64,000 nucleotides of DNA from Clostridia bacterium (GCA_017503865.1 JAFVSI010000009.1:8171-72170); one strand, 5' to 3'; shown: positions 9,375 to 16,829, counted from the first letter of the stretch. Numbers and translations: made by a program. Notes: a model not told the origin generated them from the letters alone.

Positions 9375-9412
9375 AAAGTAACGGAACGCGACTGCGTTCC
9401 GTTACTTTTTTA
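9374..9412. terminator. Bidirectional terminator between sigK and the ACP gene
   Basis: AAAAAGTAACGGAACGC-GAC-TGCGTTCCGTTACTTTTTT has an A-run on one side and a T-run on the other. Confidence 0.75.
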
Positions 9413-9423
9413 TTGATATGTTT

Positions 9424-9648
9424 TTACGCGATGGACTCGAGATAATCAACAACGTCACCGACAGTTGTGAACTTACGGATGTCATCATCCTGAATCTCTA
9501 TACCGAATTTGTCCTCACACTGCATAACGAGATCGGCAAGCTCAATAGAATTGATGCCGAGGTCATTCGAAAGCTCTGCATCAAGGGTAATGTCAGCCTC
9601 ATCTATCTGAAGCTCATCAACAAGAAGTCTTACAAACTTTTCGTACAT
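9424..9648 (-). CDS. Acyl carrier protein (stand-alone)
   Basis: This 74-aa acidic protein has the phosphopantetheine-attachment context DLGINSIELADLV. The RBS GGAGGAAAAA lies upstream. Confidence 0.8.
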   Translation of the reverse strand: MYEKFVRLLVDELQIDEADITLDAELSNDLGINSIELADLVMQCEDKFGIEIQDDDIRKFTTVGDVVDYLESIA

Positions 9649-9724
9649 ATTTTTCCTCCGAAATAATAATCGATTTTACAAATATCGCTGCCTATTTTGG
9701 TAAAGCGAACTACTTCAGTTATCA

Positions 9725-9753
9725 ATTATACAGTACCAATAGCTGTTTGTCAA
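9725..9753 (-). promoter_or_regulatory. Consensus sigma-A promoter for the ACP gene
   Basis: On the minus strand: TTGACA (9753-9748), 17 nt, TATAAT (9730-9725). Confidence 0.55.
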
Positions 9754-9777
9754 GAAAAAATATGAAATAAAGTAAAA

Positions 9778-9826
9778 AAACGGCTCACTTAGTTTCTCGG
9801 GAAAACTTTTTTAAGTGAGCCGATAT
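9778..9826 (-). terminator. Intrinsic terminator after dpaB
   Basis: On the minus strand the hairpin CGGCTCACTTA...TAAGTGAGCCG is followed by TTTTTTT. Confidence 0.65.
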
Positions 9827-9828
9827 TC

Positions 9829-10389
9829 TTATACGAAAATTTTTCTATACTGTTTGCCCTCAAGAGCCGCCTCGAGGGTGGGGAGAACGAGCGAAAAATC
9901 TGCCACGAGGGAATGTGGTTTCTTTTCGGGATCGTCTTGTCTCATAGGCACGAAATAGACGCATTTTCTATTCAAAAGAGCTGCAATATTTTTCATATTA
10001 GCCGACAGTGCATCGTTTGATGCGAGGGTTATAACAAGCGGGCGGTCACCTCTTAGATGTGCCTTTGCCGCCATACAGACCGCCGTATCGGTAATTCCCG
10101 ACGCGAGCTTTGCAAGGGTGTTTCCCGTGCAGGGGCAGATTATCATTGCGTCAAGCGAAATGCTCGGCCCGAGAGGCTCTGCGTCGACTATGGTGTGTAT
10201 TATGGGGTGATTGGTTATCTTCTCCACCTCACTTATAAGAGCCTTTGCCTCGCCGAAGCGAGTGTCGGTCGAAAAGACGGTCTCGCTCATTACGGGCACG
10301 ACCTCGTAGCCCTTTTCAACAAGAAGGCGAAGCTGTTCGAGAGATTTTTTGTGTGTACAAAACGAGCCGCAAAATGCAAAGCCTATCAT
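9829..10389 (-). CDS. dpaB: Dipicolinate synthase subunit B (flavoprotein)
   Basis: MIGFAFCGSFCTH... is a SpoVFB-like flavoprotein N-terminus. The start overlaps the dpaA stop (ATGA). Confidence 0.85.
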   Translation of the reverse strand: MIGFAFCGSFCTHKKSLEQLRLLVEKGYEVVPVMSETVFSTDTRFGEAKALISEVEKITNHPIIHTIVDAEPLGPSISLDAMIICPCTGNTLAKLASGITDTAVCMAAKAHLRGDRPLVITLASNDALSANMKNIAALLNRKCVYFVPMRQDDPEKKPHSLVADFSLVLPTLEAALEGKQYRKIFV

Positions 10390-11303
10390 AATTGTCTTGC
10401 CTCCCTTGATATGATTTTTATTATGCTGTCTGCGATAAGCTCTCCTGCACTCTCGGGGGCATATTTGCCGGGAAGAGAGGGAGCCCAGCTTATGTTTGAG
10501 CTAAGCTCGTGTACGGCGGCAAGGTCAAATCCGCCCGGGACTGATGCAAGCTCGACGAGCACCGTACTTTTGTCTACTTTTTCAAGAAATTCTTTATTAA
10601 ATATCATATGGGGTACGGTATTAAATATCATATCGTAGCCACAGGTAAGGGGCTCTGACCAATGCTCACCCTCGATTTTTACCGTCTTATAACCAAGAGT
10701 TTCGGCAAAGGCGAGGTCGCTGTCCTTTCTTGCCGCGACAGTTACTTTGGCACCGAGTGCCGAAAAAAGCCTTGAAAGCTGCTTTGAAATTCTACCGAAG
10801 CCCGCAATGCCGATACTTGCCCCTGATATTGTGTGGCTGAGGGTGTTCATAGCTACAGACAATGCCGCCTCGGCAGTTATATAGGCGTTCTTGATCTCAA
10901 GGGACTCAACTGCAAGAAGGTCGTGAACGCTGTGTCCCTTATCCCTTGCCATAGATGCGAAATGCTCGGGCAGCTTTCCGCCTATGATGAGTGCCCCGGG
11001 CTCTGATAGGCGGAGAACGCTCAGAAGCTTGGTCTCGCCAAGCTCTCCGTCCTTGTCAAGCGGGGCGTTTATGTGAGCACCGTCGGCACTTACGGGGAAG
11101 GGTAAAATAATCACCGAGGCGTCCTTCAGCGTCTCGGCGGGGGACGTTTCTCTTGTAATTTTTGTTTGCCGCAGACCTTGACACAAGCCTATATCGAGCC
11201 CTGTGACCGAGATTTTAGCTCCCGTCTCGGCAAGACGCATAATGGCGTACAGCTGCCGTCTGTCGCCACCAAGCACCGCTATTTTTATATTATCATATAT
11301 CAT
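10386..11303 (-). CDS. dpaA: Dipicolinate synthase subunit A
   Basis: IAVLGGDRRQ plus a Rossmann motif (IGIAGFGRISK) resemble SpoVFA. The gene is coupled to dpaB. Confidence 0.85.
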   Translation of the reverse strand: MIYDNIKIAVLGGDRRQLYAIMRLAETGAKISVTGLDIGLCQGLRQTKITRETSPAETLKDASVIILPFPVSADGAHINAPLDKDGELGETKLLSVLRLSEPGALIIGGKLPEHFASMARDKGHSVHDLLAVESLEIKNAYITAEAALSVAMNTLSHTISGASIGIAGFGRISKQLSRLFSALGAKVTVAARKDSDLAFAETLGYKTVKIEGEHWSEPLTCGYDMIFNTVPHMIFNKEFLEKVDKSTVLVELASVPGGFDLAAVHELSSNISWAPSLPGKYAPESAGELIADSIIKIISREARQL

Positions 11304-11383
11304 AAAAAATACCTCACAAGCAAGATAAAAAACGATCTACGTTAATAATCTTATGATGCTTACGAGGCATTTGACATATTAAA

Positions 11384-13615
11384 TTACGGGTTATTTTCAA
11401 AAGAAAATTCAAACGAGAATTTTTCTGCATCTGCAATTATCACCCGTTGCGATGAGGACGGAGCGGGTAGCTCCTTCCCCTCGGGGAGAGGTGAGTGCGA
11501 GCCGAGGATCAGGGTATTGCAGCTATTTATGAAAACTTCTTGAAGCTCCGCATTCTTGCCAAGTAAAGAAAGTCTGTCGGCATAGAATATAGCTCCTTCC
11601 TTAGTTCTCAAAAGGAAGGATATTATCCTTCTTGACGAGACGATGGCACTGTCCTCACGCGGTACGTAAAGAATGCTTGAACCAACGCGTGTAAGCTCTT
11701 CGCTTTTATAAAGTGTGGGAGAGACACCGTTTTCTATCGCTAATTTCGTAATGTCCTCGAGAATGAGAATATCGTTGCTTGTTTTTGGCTCGGGTAGATA
11801 TAGGTCGTGTACTACAACGTTGCCGAAAAATTTGTCGAGTGAGGAAATGTGCTTTGGGTGGTAGTGGGTGAGCACGAGCGTGTCCGCCTCAACGAATGCC
11901 TGCTCTCTTGCCCATTCGTAAGCATTGTAGAGGGAAGAATATGTGCCGTCGGATACGTCTATTATCAAAAGCTCACCGTCGTCTGCAACTGCCACTGAGT
12001 CGCGTCCGCCGTCACTTGTATAGACCGCTCTTATCTGTGTATTTGTCGCATTGTATATCAAAAGGCAGACGCAGAAGGATGCAAGGGCGAGTGCGGGTGG
12101 AGCAAAGAGCCATCTTTTCTCTTTTAGCTTTACTGCAAAAAGCACGGCAAGAGAGAATGTCATTGCCGTTATTATTACGCCTGCAAAAACGTGTCTTAGG
12201 GAGACTGCGGAAAACTCGAAGGCTGAAAGATATGCTGCGAGGCTTGTGATAAGAGAGGCGAGAAATTCGGTCGCGTGACAGAGAAGTGAGCCGACAAAAG
12301 AGACTTTTCCAAACAAAAGAGTAAGTACGCTAATAGCGAGATAGACCTCGCCGAGCGGAGTTACTGTAAGGTTTGCGATAGGTGAAATTACCGACGTTTC
12401 ACCAAATGCTAAGTAGAATATTATACATATAAAGACGTTTGCCGAAAGAGTGACTGTCAGTGCTCCCGCGATTTTTCTTATTGAACGCAAAAATATTTTG
12501 ACGAAGCCCTTTTTGCTCTCGGGCTTTCTTTTTCGCAGTTTCGAAAGAAGCTCGGAATAAAGTACGATGCCGAGCGTTGCGAGAAAGGAGAGCCAAAACG
12601 AGAGTGAGCCTACCGATACGGGAGATACGAGAAGAATAAGCATACCCGCCACCGAAAGAGAGGTGAGTGTGTCGGACTCACTTGAAAGGTAATAACAAAG
12701 ATATGCCACAAGAAGCATAAGCACCGAGCGTGAGGCTGAGAGTGAAAAGCCCGAGACTGTCAGCAAAAGTAGCGAGAGAGCGGTCGTTGCGATGCACCGA
12801 ATAGATTTTCGAATCTTTAATCTCGTCAACAAAAAGTCGAAGGCACCTACGAGCAGAGAAAGGTGAAGTCCGCTTACAGCAAGAAGATGAGAGACTCCCG
12901 AACGTCTGAAATCTCTCACAACTCTGCCCGATAGCATTGACGTATTTGAGGTGAGAAATCCGAGGGAGAGTGCGGCGGAGTCGGGCTCCAACAATTCACA
13001 GAAGATATTTCGTATGCGGTGGCGGAGCTTTGCCGACGCGACCGACAGAGAAAATCCGTCAAATTCCTTTAGTATCACGAGGTCCTTGTCAAGTGTTGAG
13101 GTTATTTCAAGGTTTACGTCGCTTGGAAGGATTGTCTCTGAATTGCTTTCAGCTATCTCTATTTTCCCTAAAAGCAAGAGGCGGTCACCCGCCACGTAAT
13201 CTGCCTCGTGAGAAAAATTAAGGTATGCCCTTTGTCCTATTTTGCCCTTATCGGTCGATAATAGAATCCCCTCGTATCTCGTGGAATATTTTGAGTTGTA
13301 TTCGGTTTCTAAAACTACAAACTCTATCGGTGCGTTTTCTGCCGTGTATTTTTCGAGTCTCTTAAGAGGCAGGTCGATAGCAAGGAGTGAGGAGGCGAGC
13401 GAAATAGATATGAAAATTGCACATATAGCAGCCTCTATGAGCCCGTACTTTCGTTTTTCTATACGCCACGATAGGAAGAAAAGAAGGGCGGTTGCCAAAA
13501 TGCTTGCGGCAAGGATTGCAATCTTCCCAAATATGCCGAGCGTCACCGCGAGAAGCGATGTGCCGATAAAGCAAAAACAAAAGAGACATAGAGGTCTTTT
13601 ATAAAAAATTCCCAT
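11384..13615 (-). CDS. comEC: ComEC/Rec2 DNA internalization channel with a C-terminal metallo-beta-lactamase domain
   Basis: Polytopic membrane protein carrying the competence-domain motif SGVSHLLAVSGLHLSLL and a C-terminal LVLTHYHPKH (MBL). Confidence 0.85.
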   Translation of the reverse strand: MGIFYKRPLCLFCFCFIGTSLLAVTLGIFGKIAILAASILATALLFFLSWRIEKRKYGLIEAAICAIFISISLASSLLAIDLPLKRLEKYTAENAPIEFVVLETEYNSKYSTRYEGILLSTDKGKIGQRAYLNFSHEADYVAGDRLLLLGKIEIAESNSETILPSDVNLEITSTLDKDLVILKEFDGFSLSVASAKLRHRIRNIFCELLEPDSAALSLGFLTSNTSMLSGRVVRDFRRSGVSHLLAVSGLHLSLLVGAFDFLLTRLKIRKSIRCIATTALSLLLLTVSGFSLSASRSVLMLLVAYLCYYLSSESDTLTSLSVAGMLILLVSPVSVGSLSFWLSFLATLGIVLYSELLSKLRKRKPESKKGFVKIFLRSIRKIAGALTVTLSANVFICIIFYLAFGETSVISPIANLTVTPLGEVYLAISVLTLLFGKVSFVGSLLCHATEFLASLITSLAAYLSAFEFSAVSLRHVFAGVIITAMTFSLAVLFAVKLKEKRWLFAPPALALASFCVCLLIYNATNTQIRAVYTSDGGRDSVAVADDGELLIIDVSDGTYSSLYNAYEWAREQAFVEADTLVLTHYHPKHISSLDKFFGNVVVHDLYLPEPKTSNDILILEDITKLAIENGVSPTLYKSEELTRVGSSILYVPREDSAIVSSRRIISFLLRTKEGAIFYADRLSLLGKNAELQEVFINSCNTLILGSHSPLPEGKELPAPSSSQRVIIADAEKFSFEFSFENNP

Positions 13616-13629
13616 AATCTACGTCTCCT

Positions 13630-13720
13630 TTTTATTTTGTAAATTGGTGTTTGTGGGGGTGTTTATTATGTGGGGGAGAACCATTTTTTGCAAAATAGGT
13701 TTTCCCCCGCATAAAGCATC
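13630..13720 (-). repeat. Diverged copy of the composite intergenic repeat (hairpin + AAACAC + ACAAACACCAATTT module)
   Basis: The minus strand reads GGGGGAAAACC-tattttgcaaaaaat-GGTTCTCCCCC ... AAACAC ... ACAAACACCAATTTAC. Compare the copies at 16.7 kb and 22.0 kb. Confidence 0.45.
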
Positions 13721-13731
13721 ACACACATAAA

Positions 13732-14334
13732 TCAAAGTTTAATTTTAATTTCGGTAGCAATGCCGAGAATTCTTGCGTCTCCCGATTCGAAATCCTCGGG
13801 GGCGAGGAGAATGGGGGAATAGTCCTCGTTTTCGGGGATAAGCCTGACTCCCTTTTTATCCTTTGAAAAGCGTTTTACCGTTGCACTGTCGCCACCGACA
13901 AGGCAGGCGACTATGTCTCCGTTTTCGGCATACTGCTGTTTCTTGAAAAGCACAAGAGAGCCGTCTATCATACCGATGTTTTTCATACTGTCTCCCCTTA
14001 TCGTGAGGAAAAAGAAGTCGTTAGAATCGTCAACGTCAGCTATCTCGTAGCCAAGCAAGGTCTCTTCGGTGATTATCGGACTTCCCGCACGAATTTCTCC
14101 TATTATAGGTATCTGTGTGCCTCTCTTGGCGGTAATGGGACTACCTGAGTCGAAGAAATAATTTATGCCTACGTCAAAATATTCGGCAATTTTTTGGAGC
14201 TTGTCTGCCTTCGGCACAGTGCGACCGTACTTCCAGTCGGCAAGAGTAGAGGGAGATATTCCCGTATCCTTCGACACGCGGTATGCGGTAATTTTGTGCA
14301 TTTTGAGCAAATTTTCAAAGCATTGGTAGTTCAT
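13732..14334 (-). CDS. CI/LexA-like repressor: XRE-family HTH fused to an S24 self-cleaving peptidase domain
   Basis: The N-terminus ITAYRVSKDTGISPSTLADWKYGRTVP is an XRE HTH. The C-terminus GDSMKN...GDIVAC...ATVKRF is an S24 Ser/Lys dyad context. ATG 14334 sits behind AGAGGTG; the longer ORF-track start lacks an RBS. Confidence 0.8.
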   Translation of the reverse strand: MNYQCFENLLKMHKITAYRVSKDTGISPSTLADWKYGRTVPKADKLQKIAEYFDVGINYFFDSGSPITAKRGTQIPIIGEIRAGSPIITEETLLGYEIADVDDSNDFFFLTIRGDSMKNIGMIDGSLVLFKKQQYAENGDIVACLVGGDSATVKRFSKDKKGVRLIPENEDYSPILLAPEDFESGDARILGIATEIKIKL

Positions 14335-14387
14335 TCGGACACCTCTTTGATATATTTCACAATATTTCGGAAATCCGTAATAAACTA

Positions 14388-14416
14388 TTGACATTATTTC
14401 GGTTTTCCGATATAAT
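14388..14416 (+). promoter_or_regulatory. Perfect consensus sigma-A promoter reading rightward toward the Zn-ribbon gene
   Basis: TTGACA (14388-14393), 17 nt, TATAAT (14411-14416). Confidence 0.6.
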
Positions 14417-14429
14417 CTTGTCAAGATAT

Positions 14430-14458
14430 ATTATACAACATATGTCGAAAAATGTCAA
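14430..14458 (-). promoter_or_regulatory. Perfect consensus sigma-A promoter reading leftward toward the S24 repressor gene
   Basis: On the minus strand: TTGACA (14458-14453), 17 nt, TATAAT (14435-14430). The spacer contains TGTCGAA (14443-14449). Confidence 0.6.
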
Positions 14459-14497
14459 TAAATAATCGAAAATTTAGAAATGAGGTGATTAAAGAAA

Positions 14498-14701
14498 ATG
14501 TGTGAAATTTGCGGAGGGTATTTCTGCTATCCGTCGTGCCCGTCTTATGATGGAGATAGTGCTGAGCTTGGAAGAAGACTGTTTTGGTGTTCTTCTTGCG
14601 GCTGTTCAATACACGAAGCTGACGGATATAGTGTTGACGGTGAATTCGTATATTGTGAAGATTGCGTACAAAAGCGAGATGATGCAGATGAAGGAAATTG
14701 A
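14498..14701 (+). CDS. Small Cys-rich (zinc-ribbon-like) hypothetical protein
   Basis: This 67-aa protein carries CEIC...C...C, CSSCGC and CEDC pairs. The RBS GAGGTGA lies upstream. Confidence 0.5.
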   Translation: MCEICGGYFCYPSCPSYDGDSAELGRRLFWCSSCGCSIHEADGYSVDGEFVYCEDCVQKRDDADEGN

Positions 14702-15053
14702 TAAGAACGACATCAAGAGGGCGGAAGATTATTTAAAGGGGTACTGTATAAACGGAAAGCTTCTGCGTCTTGAAAGATATGAAAGGGAATATTTTGGTGA
14801 TAAAGGAGCTTGCGATTTTGAGGGAATTGGTGAAGTACCTCTTGCGAGGGCAAGAATGTATGAGGTGAGACACTTTATAAATTCGCTCCCTAACAGCGAC
14901 GAAAAGCTTTTTCTTTATTACCGTTACATAAAGGGGGAAACGGTAGAGCGGTGCGGGGAGCTGCTCGGGCTTTCAAGAAGCTCTGCCTTCAGGCTAAAAA
15001 TCAGAGCTGTCAAAATAGCTGCAGAGGAGTTGGCGAAAACAGATGTGCAGTGA
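14679..15053 (+). CDS. Sigma-70 region-4-like HTH protein (resembles phage late-gene activators of the ArpU/DUF1492 type)
   Basis: The C-terminus DEKLFLYYRYIKGETVERCGELLGLSRSSAFRLKIRAVKIAAEEL is a region-4-type HTH. The start is ambiguous (ATG 14679, 14682 or 14688). The gene overlaps the upstream gene's 3' end. Confidence 0.5.
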   Translation: MMQMKEIDKNDIKRAEDYLKGYCINGKLLRLERYEREYFGDKGACDFEGIGEVPLARARMYEVRHFINSLPNSDEKLFLYYRYIKGETVERCGELLGLSRSSAFRLKIRAVKIAAEELAKTDVQ

Positions 15054-15162
15054 GGCTTTAGAAAGTTCTAAGTATAGAAAATTTTTCTTATCGGGGAAAA
15101 TACACAGTTTGTTAACAATTTTGGTGTAAAATCAAGTCGAATGAAGAAAAAGAGGTGGCAAA

Positions 15163-15915
15163 ATGGGGAAATTTGACGGAATACTTCTTTGCTCGGACTT
15201 TGACGGCACCTTTGCATCAAACGGAGTGCCGATAGAGGCAAATATGAAGGCAATCAAATATTTCAGAGAAAACGGCGGTCTTTTTACACTTGCGAGCGGA
15301 CGCAATTACGAATTTTTGACACCGCTTTTCAAGGGATACGATTTTGGCGTTCCTATGATAAATATGAACGGTGCTTTGATATATGATTTCGACAGCAAAA
15401 AGATACTTTCGGAGCGTACAATGAAGGGAGTAACTCTCGAGAAGATACGTCGCATCGTAGCCGAGGTCGGGGGAGTAAGCCATATAAATCTCTTTACTAA
15501 AAGAGGATTCAGAAAATTAGATATAAGCGGCGGTCAGGCTCCTTCGACAGAGGAGTACGGCGATCTCTACAAATTTGCCGTGAGGGTGTTCGGTGAGAAG
15601 CCCGAGGGTGACAGGGCAAAGGAGCTCATTAAAGGTATTATGACGGAGCACGTAATAGAGAGAAGCTCGTCAAATTACGTTGAGGTGCTTGAGCCTGAGT
15701 CGACAAAGTCTCCTAATACGCTCGCCTTAAAAAAGGCGGTGGGAGCACATACTCTCGTTTGCGTAGGTGACTACGAAAACGATATCGAAATGATAAAAAG
15801 TGCCGACATAGGCTATGCGGTCGACAATGCCATTGACGAGCTTAAGGCGGTTGCCGATAGAGTGACCGTTTCCTGCAAAGATGGGGCAATAGCTAAAATT
15901 ATCGAAGAGCTTTAA
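15163..15915 (+). CDS. HAD-IIB (Cof-type) phosphatase
   Basis: LLCSDFDGTF is HAD motif I, and the motif IV region VGDYENDIEM is present. Confidence 0.85.
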   Translation: MGKFDGILLCSDFDGTFASNGVPIEANMKAIKYFRENGGLFTLASGRNYEFLTPLFKGYDFGVPMINMNGALIYDFDSKKILSERTMKGVTLEKIRRIVAEVGGVSHINLFTKRGFRKLDISGGQAPSTEEYGDLYKFAVRVFGEKPEGDRAKELIKGIMTEHVIERSSSNYVEVLEPESTKSPNTLALKKAVGAHTLVCVGDYENDIEMIKSADIGYAVDNAIDELKAVADRVTVSCKDGAIAKIIEEL

Positions 15916-15916
15916 A

Positions 15917-15949
15917 CAAAAAATGCCGAGGCTTTGCCTCGGCATTTGT
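15917..15949. terminator. Bidirectional terminator between the HAD gene and abrB
   Basis: AAAAAATGCCGAGGC-TTT-GCCTCGGCATTTG. Confidence 0.65.
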
Positions 15950-16008
15950 CATATAAATAGAGAATAAAAGTTCTTTTTTAGGTCTTGAAAGAATAAACTT
16001 TTCTCGAA

Positions 16009-16254
16009 TCAAAGCTGATCCTTTATCTTAGCGATGCACTCCGCACAAATTCTCTTGCCGTTGAAATAAATAACGTCGTTTGCATTGTTACAGAAGGTAC
16101 AGCAGGGTTGATATTTCTGGAGCACGATCTTGTCACCGTCGGTAAATATCTCAATAGAATCCTTTACGTTTATGCCTAAAATAGTGCGAAGCTCCTTGGG
16201 AAGAACTATTCTTCCAAGCTCGTCAACCTTTCTTACTACTCCCGTTGATTTCAT
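16009..16254 (-). CDS. abrB: AbrB/SpoVT-family transition-state regulator with a C-terminal Cys4 cluster
   Basis: MKSTGVVRKVDELGRIVLPKELR is the SpoVT-AbrB swapped-hairpin domain. The C-terminus is CCTFC...CAEC. Confidence 0.85.
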   Translation of the reverse strand: MKSTGVVRKVDELGRIVLPKELRTILGINVKDSIEIFTDGDKIVLQKYQPCCTFCNNANDVIYFNGKRICAECIAKIKDQL

Positions 16255-16332
16255 AATTTTATCTCTCCTTTGCCTTGTTTATATGTTTTTCGGATTTTAG
16301 GGGAAATCCTACTCTTTAACTTTTATGATGAC

Positions 16333-16361
16333 ATTATAAAACATTTTTTTTTGCTTGTCAA
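16333..16361 (-). promoter_or_regulatory. Consensus sigma-A promoter of abrB
   Basis: On the minus strand: TTGACA (16361-16356), 17 nt, TATAAT (16338-16333). Confidence 0.6.
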
Positions 16362-16457
16362 CACGAAATTGGTAAATTTTGGTCAAATTAGAAAAAATTT
16401 ATAATTCGATTTAGCATATTATGTCAAATAAGGTTGAATAGAGTAGAAACGGCTCGT

Positions 16458-16500
16458 ATTTTCAAATTTTGCAAACGAAGTTTCTACCTTTAGGTAATTT
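16458..16500 (+). repeat. Intergenic repeat, module A, copy 1
   Basis: ATTTTCAAATTTTGCAAACGAAGTTTCTACCTTTAGGTAATTT. Near-identical copies lie at 21923, 25803, 50453 (reverse complement) and 56974 (reverse complement). Confidence 0.8.
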
Positions 16501-16560
16501 ATCGAACGGTTTGATTTTGTTAGTCGGTGTCTTCACGTAAGAGGTAAAACGATGATACGT

Positions 16561-16699
16561 GGTAGGGGAGGGGCTCGCTCCTCCCGCCTCAAACGATAAA
16601 TGGCAACAAAAGGAATTGGTTGTAGATAAAGGTTTAACACTCATTTACAATAAATTCTTTTCGTATCTTTTTTCGGGAGGAGCAAGCCCCTCCCCTACC
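16561..16699. repeat. 139-bp element bounded by 26-bp G-rich inverted repeats (MITE-like or long hairpin)
   Basis: GGTAGGGGAGGGGCTCGCTCCTCCCG (16561-16586) pairs with CGGGAGGAGCAAGCCCCTCCCCTACC (16674-16699) at 25 of 26 positions. The arms are separated by 87 bp. Each arm also folds locally (GGGAGG-N8-CCTCCC). Confidence 0.75.
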
Positions 16700-16829
16700 G
16701 TGTTTTCGGGTATCGCACATTTTCGGTTTAAATCAAACACACCTATAAACACCAATTTGTCTAAAGGTGTTTAAGCTTTGCCATTTTGTGTCAATAATAG
16801 CGGAGAAGTATTTTTAGGGGGCGTTTAAT

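Noticed and set aside
10057-10638. 193-aa plus-strand ORF across the dpaB/dpaA junction.
   Set aside because: It is antisense to the well-supported dpaAB operon and shows no start signals.
13732-14334. Calling the XRE/S24 protein the housekeeping LexA.
   Set aside because: The N-terminal domain is an XRE-type HTH and not the LexA winged helix. No GAAC-N4-GTTC box occurs in its control region. It is treated as a CI-like repressor.
14335-14424. Longer start (14424) for the S24 repressor from the ORF track.
   Set aside because: It would place the start codon within the promoter region, at about the predicted start site, with no RBS. ATG 14334 sits behind AGAGGTG and begins the HTH domain.
16462-16774. 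Two overlapping 60-71-aa ORFs in the abrB-distal intergenic region.
   Set aside because: They are generated by the G/C-rich inverted repeat arms (they encode GGASPSPT on both strands). They have no RBS and are best explained as a repeat element.
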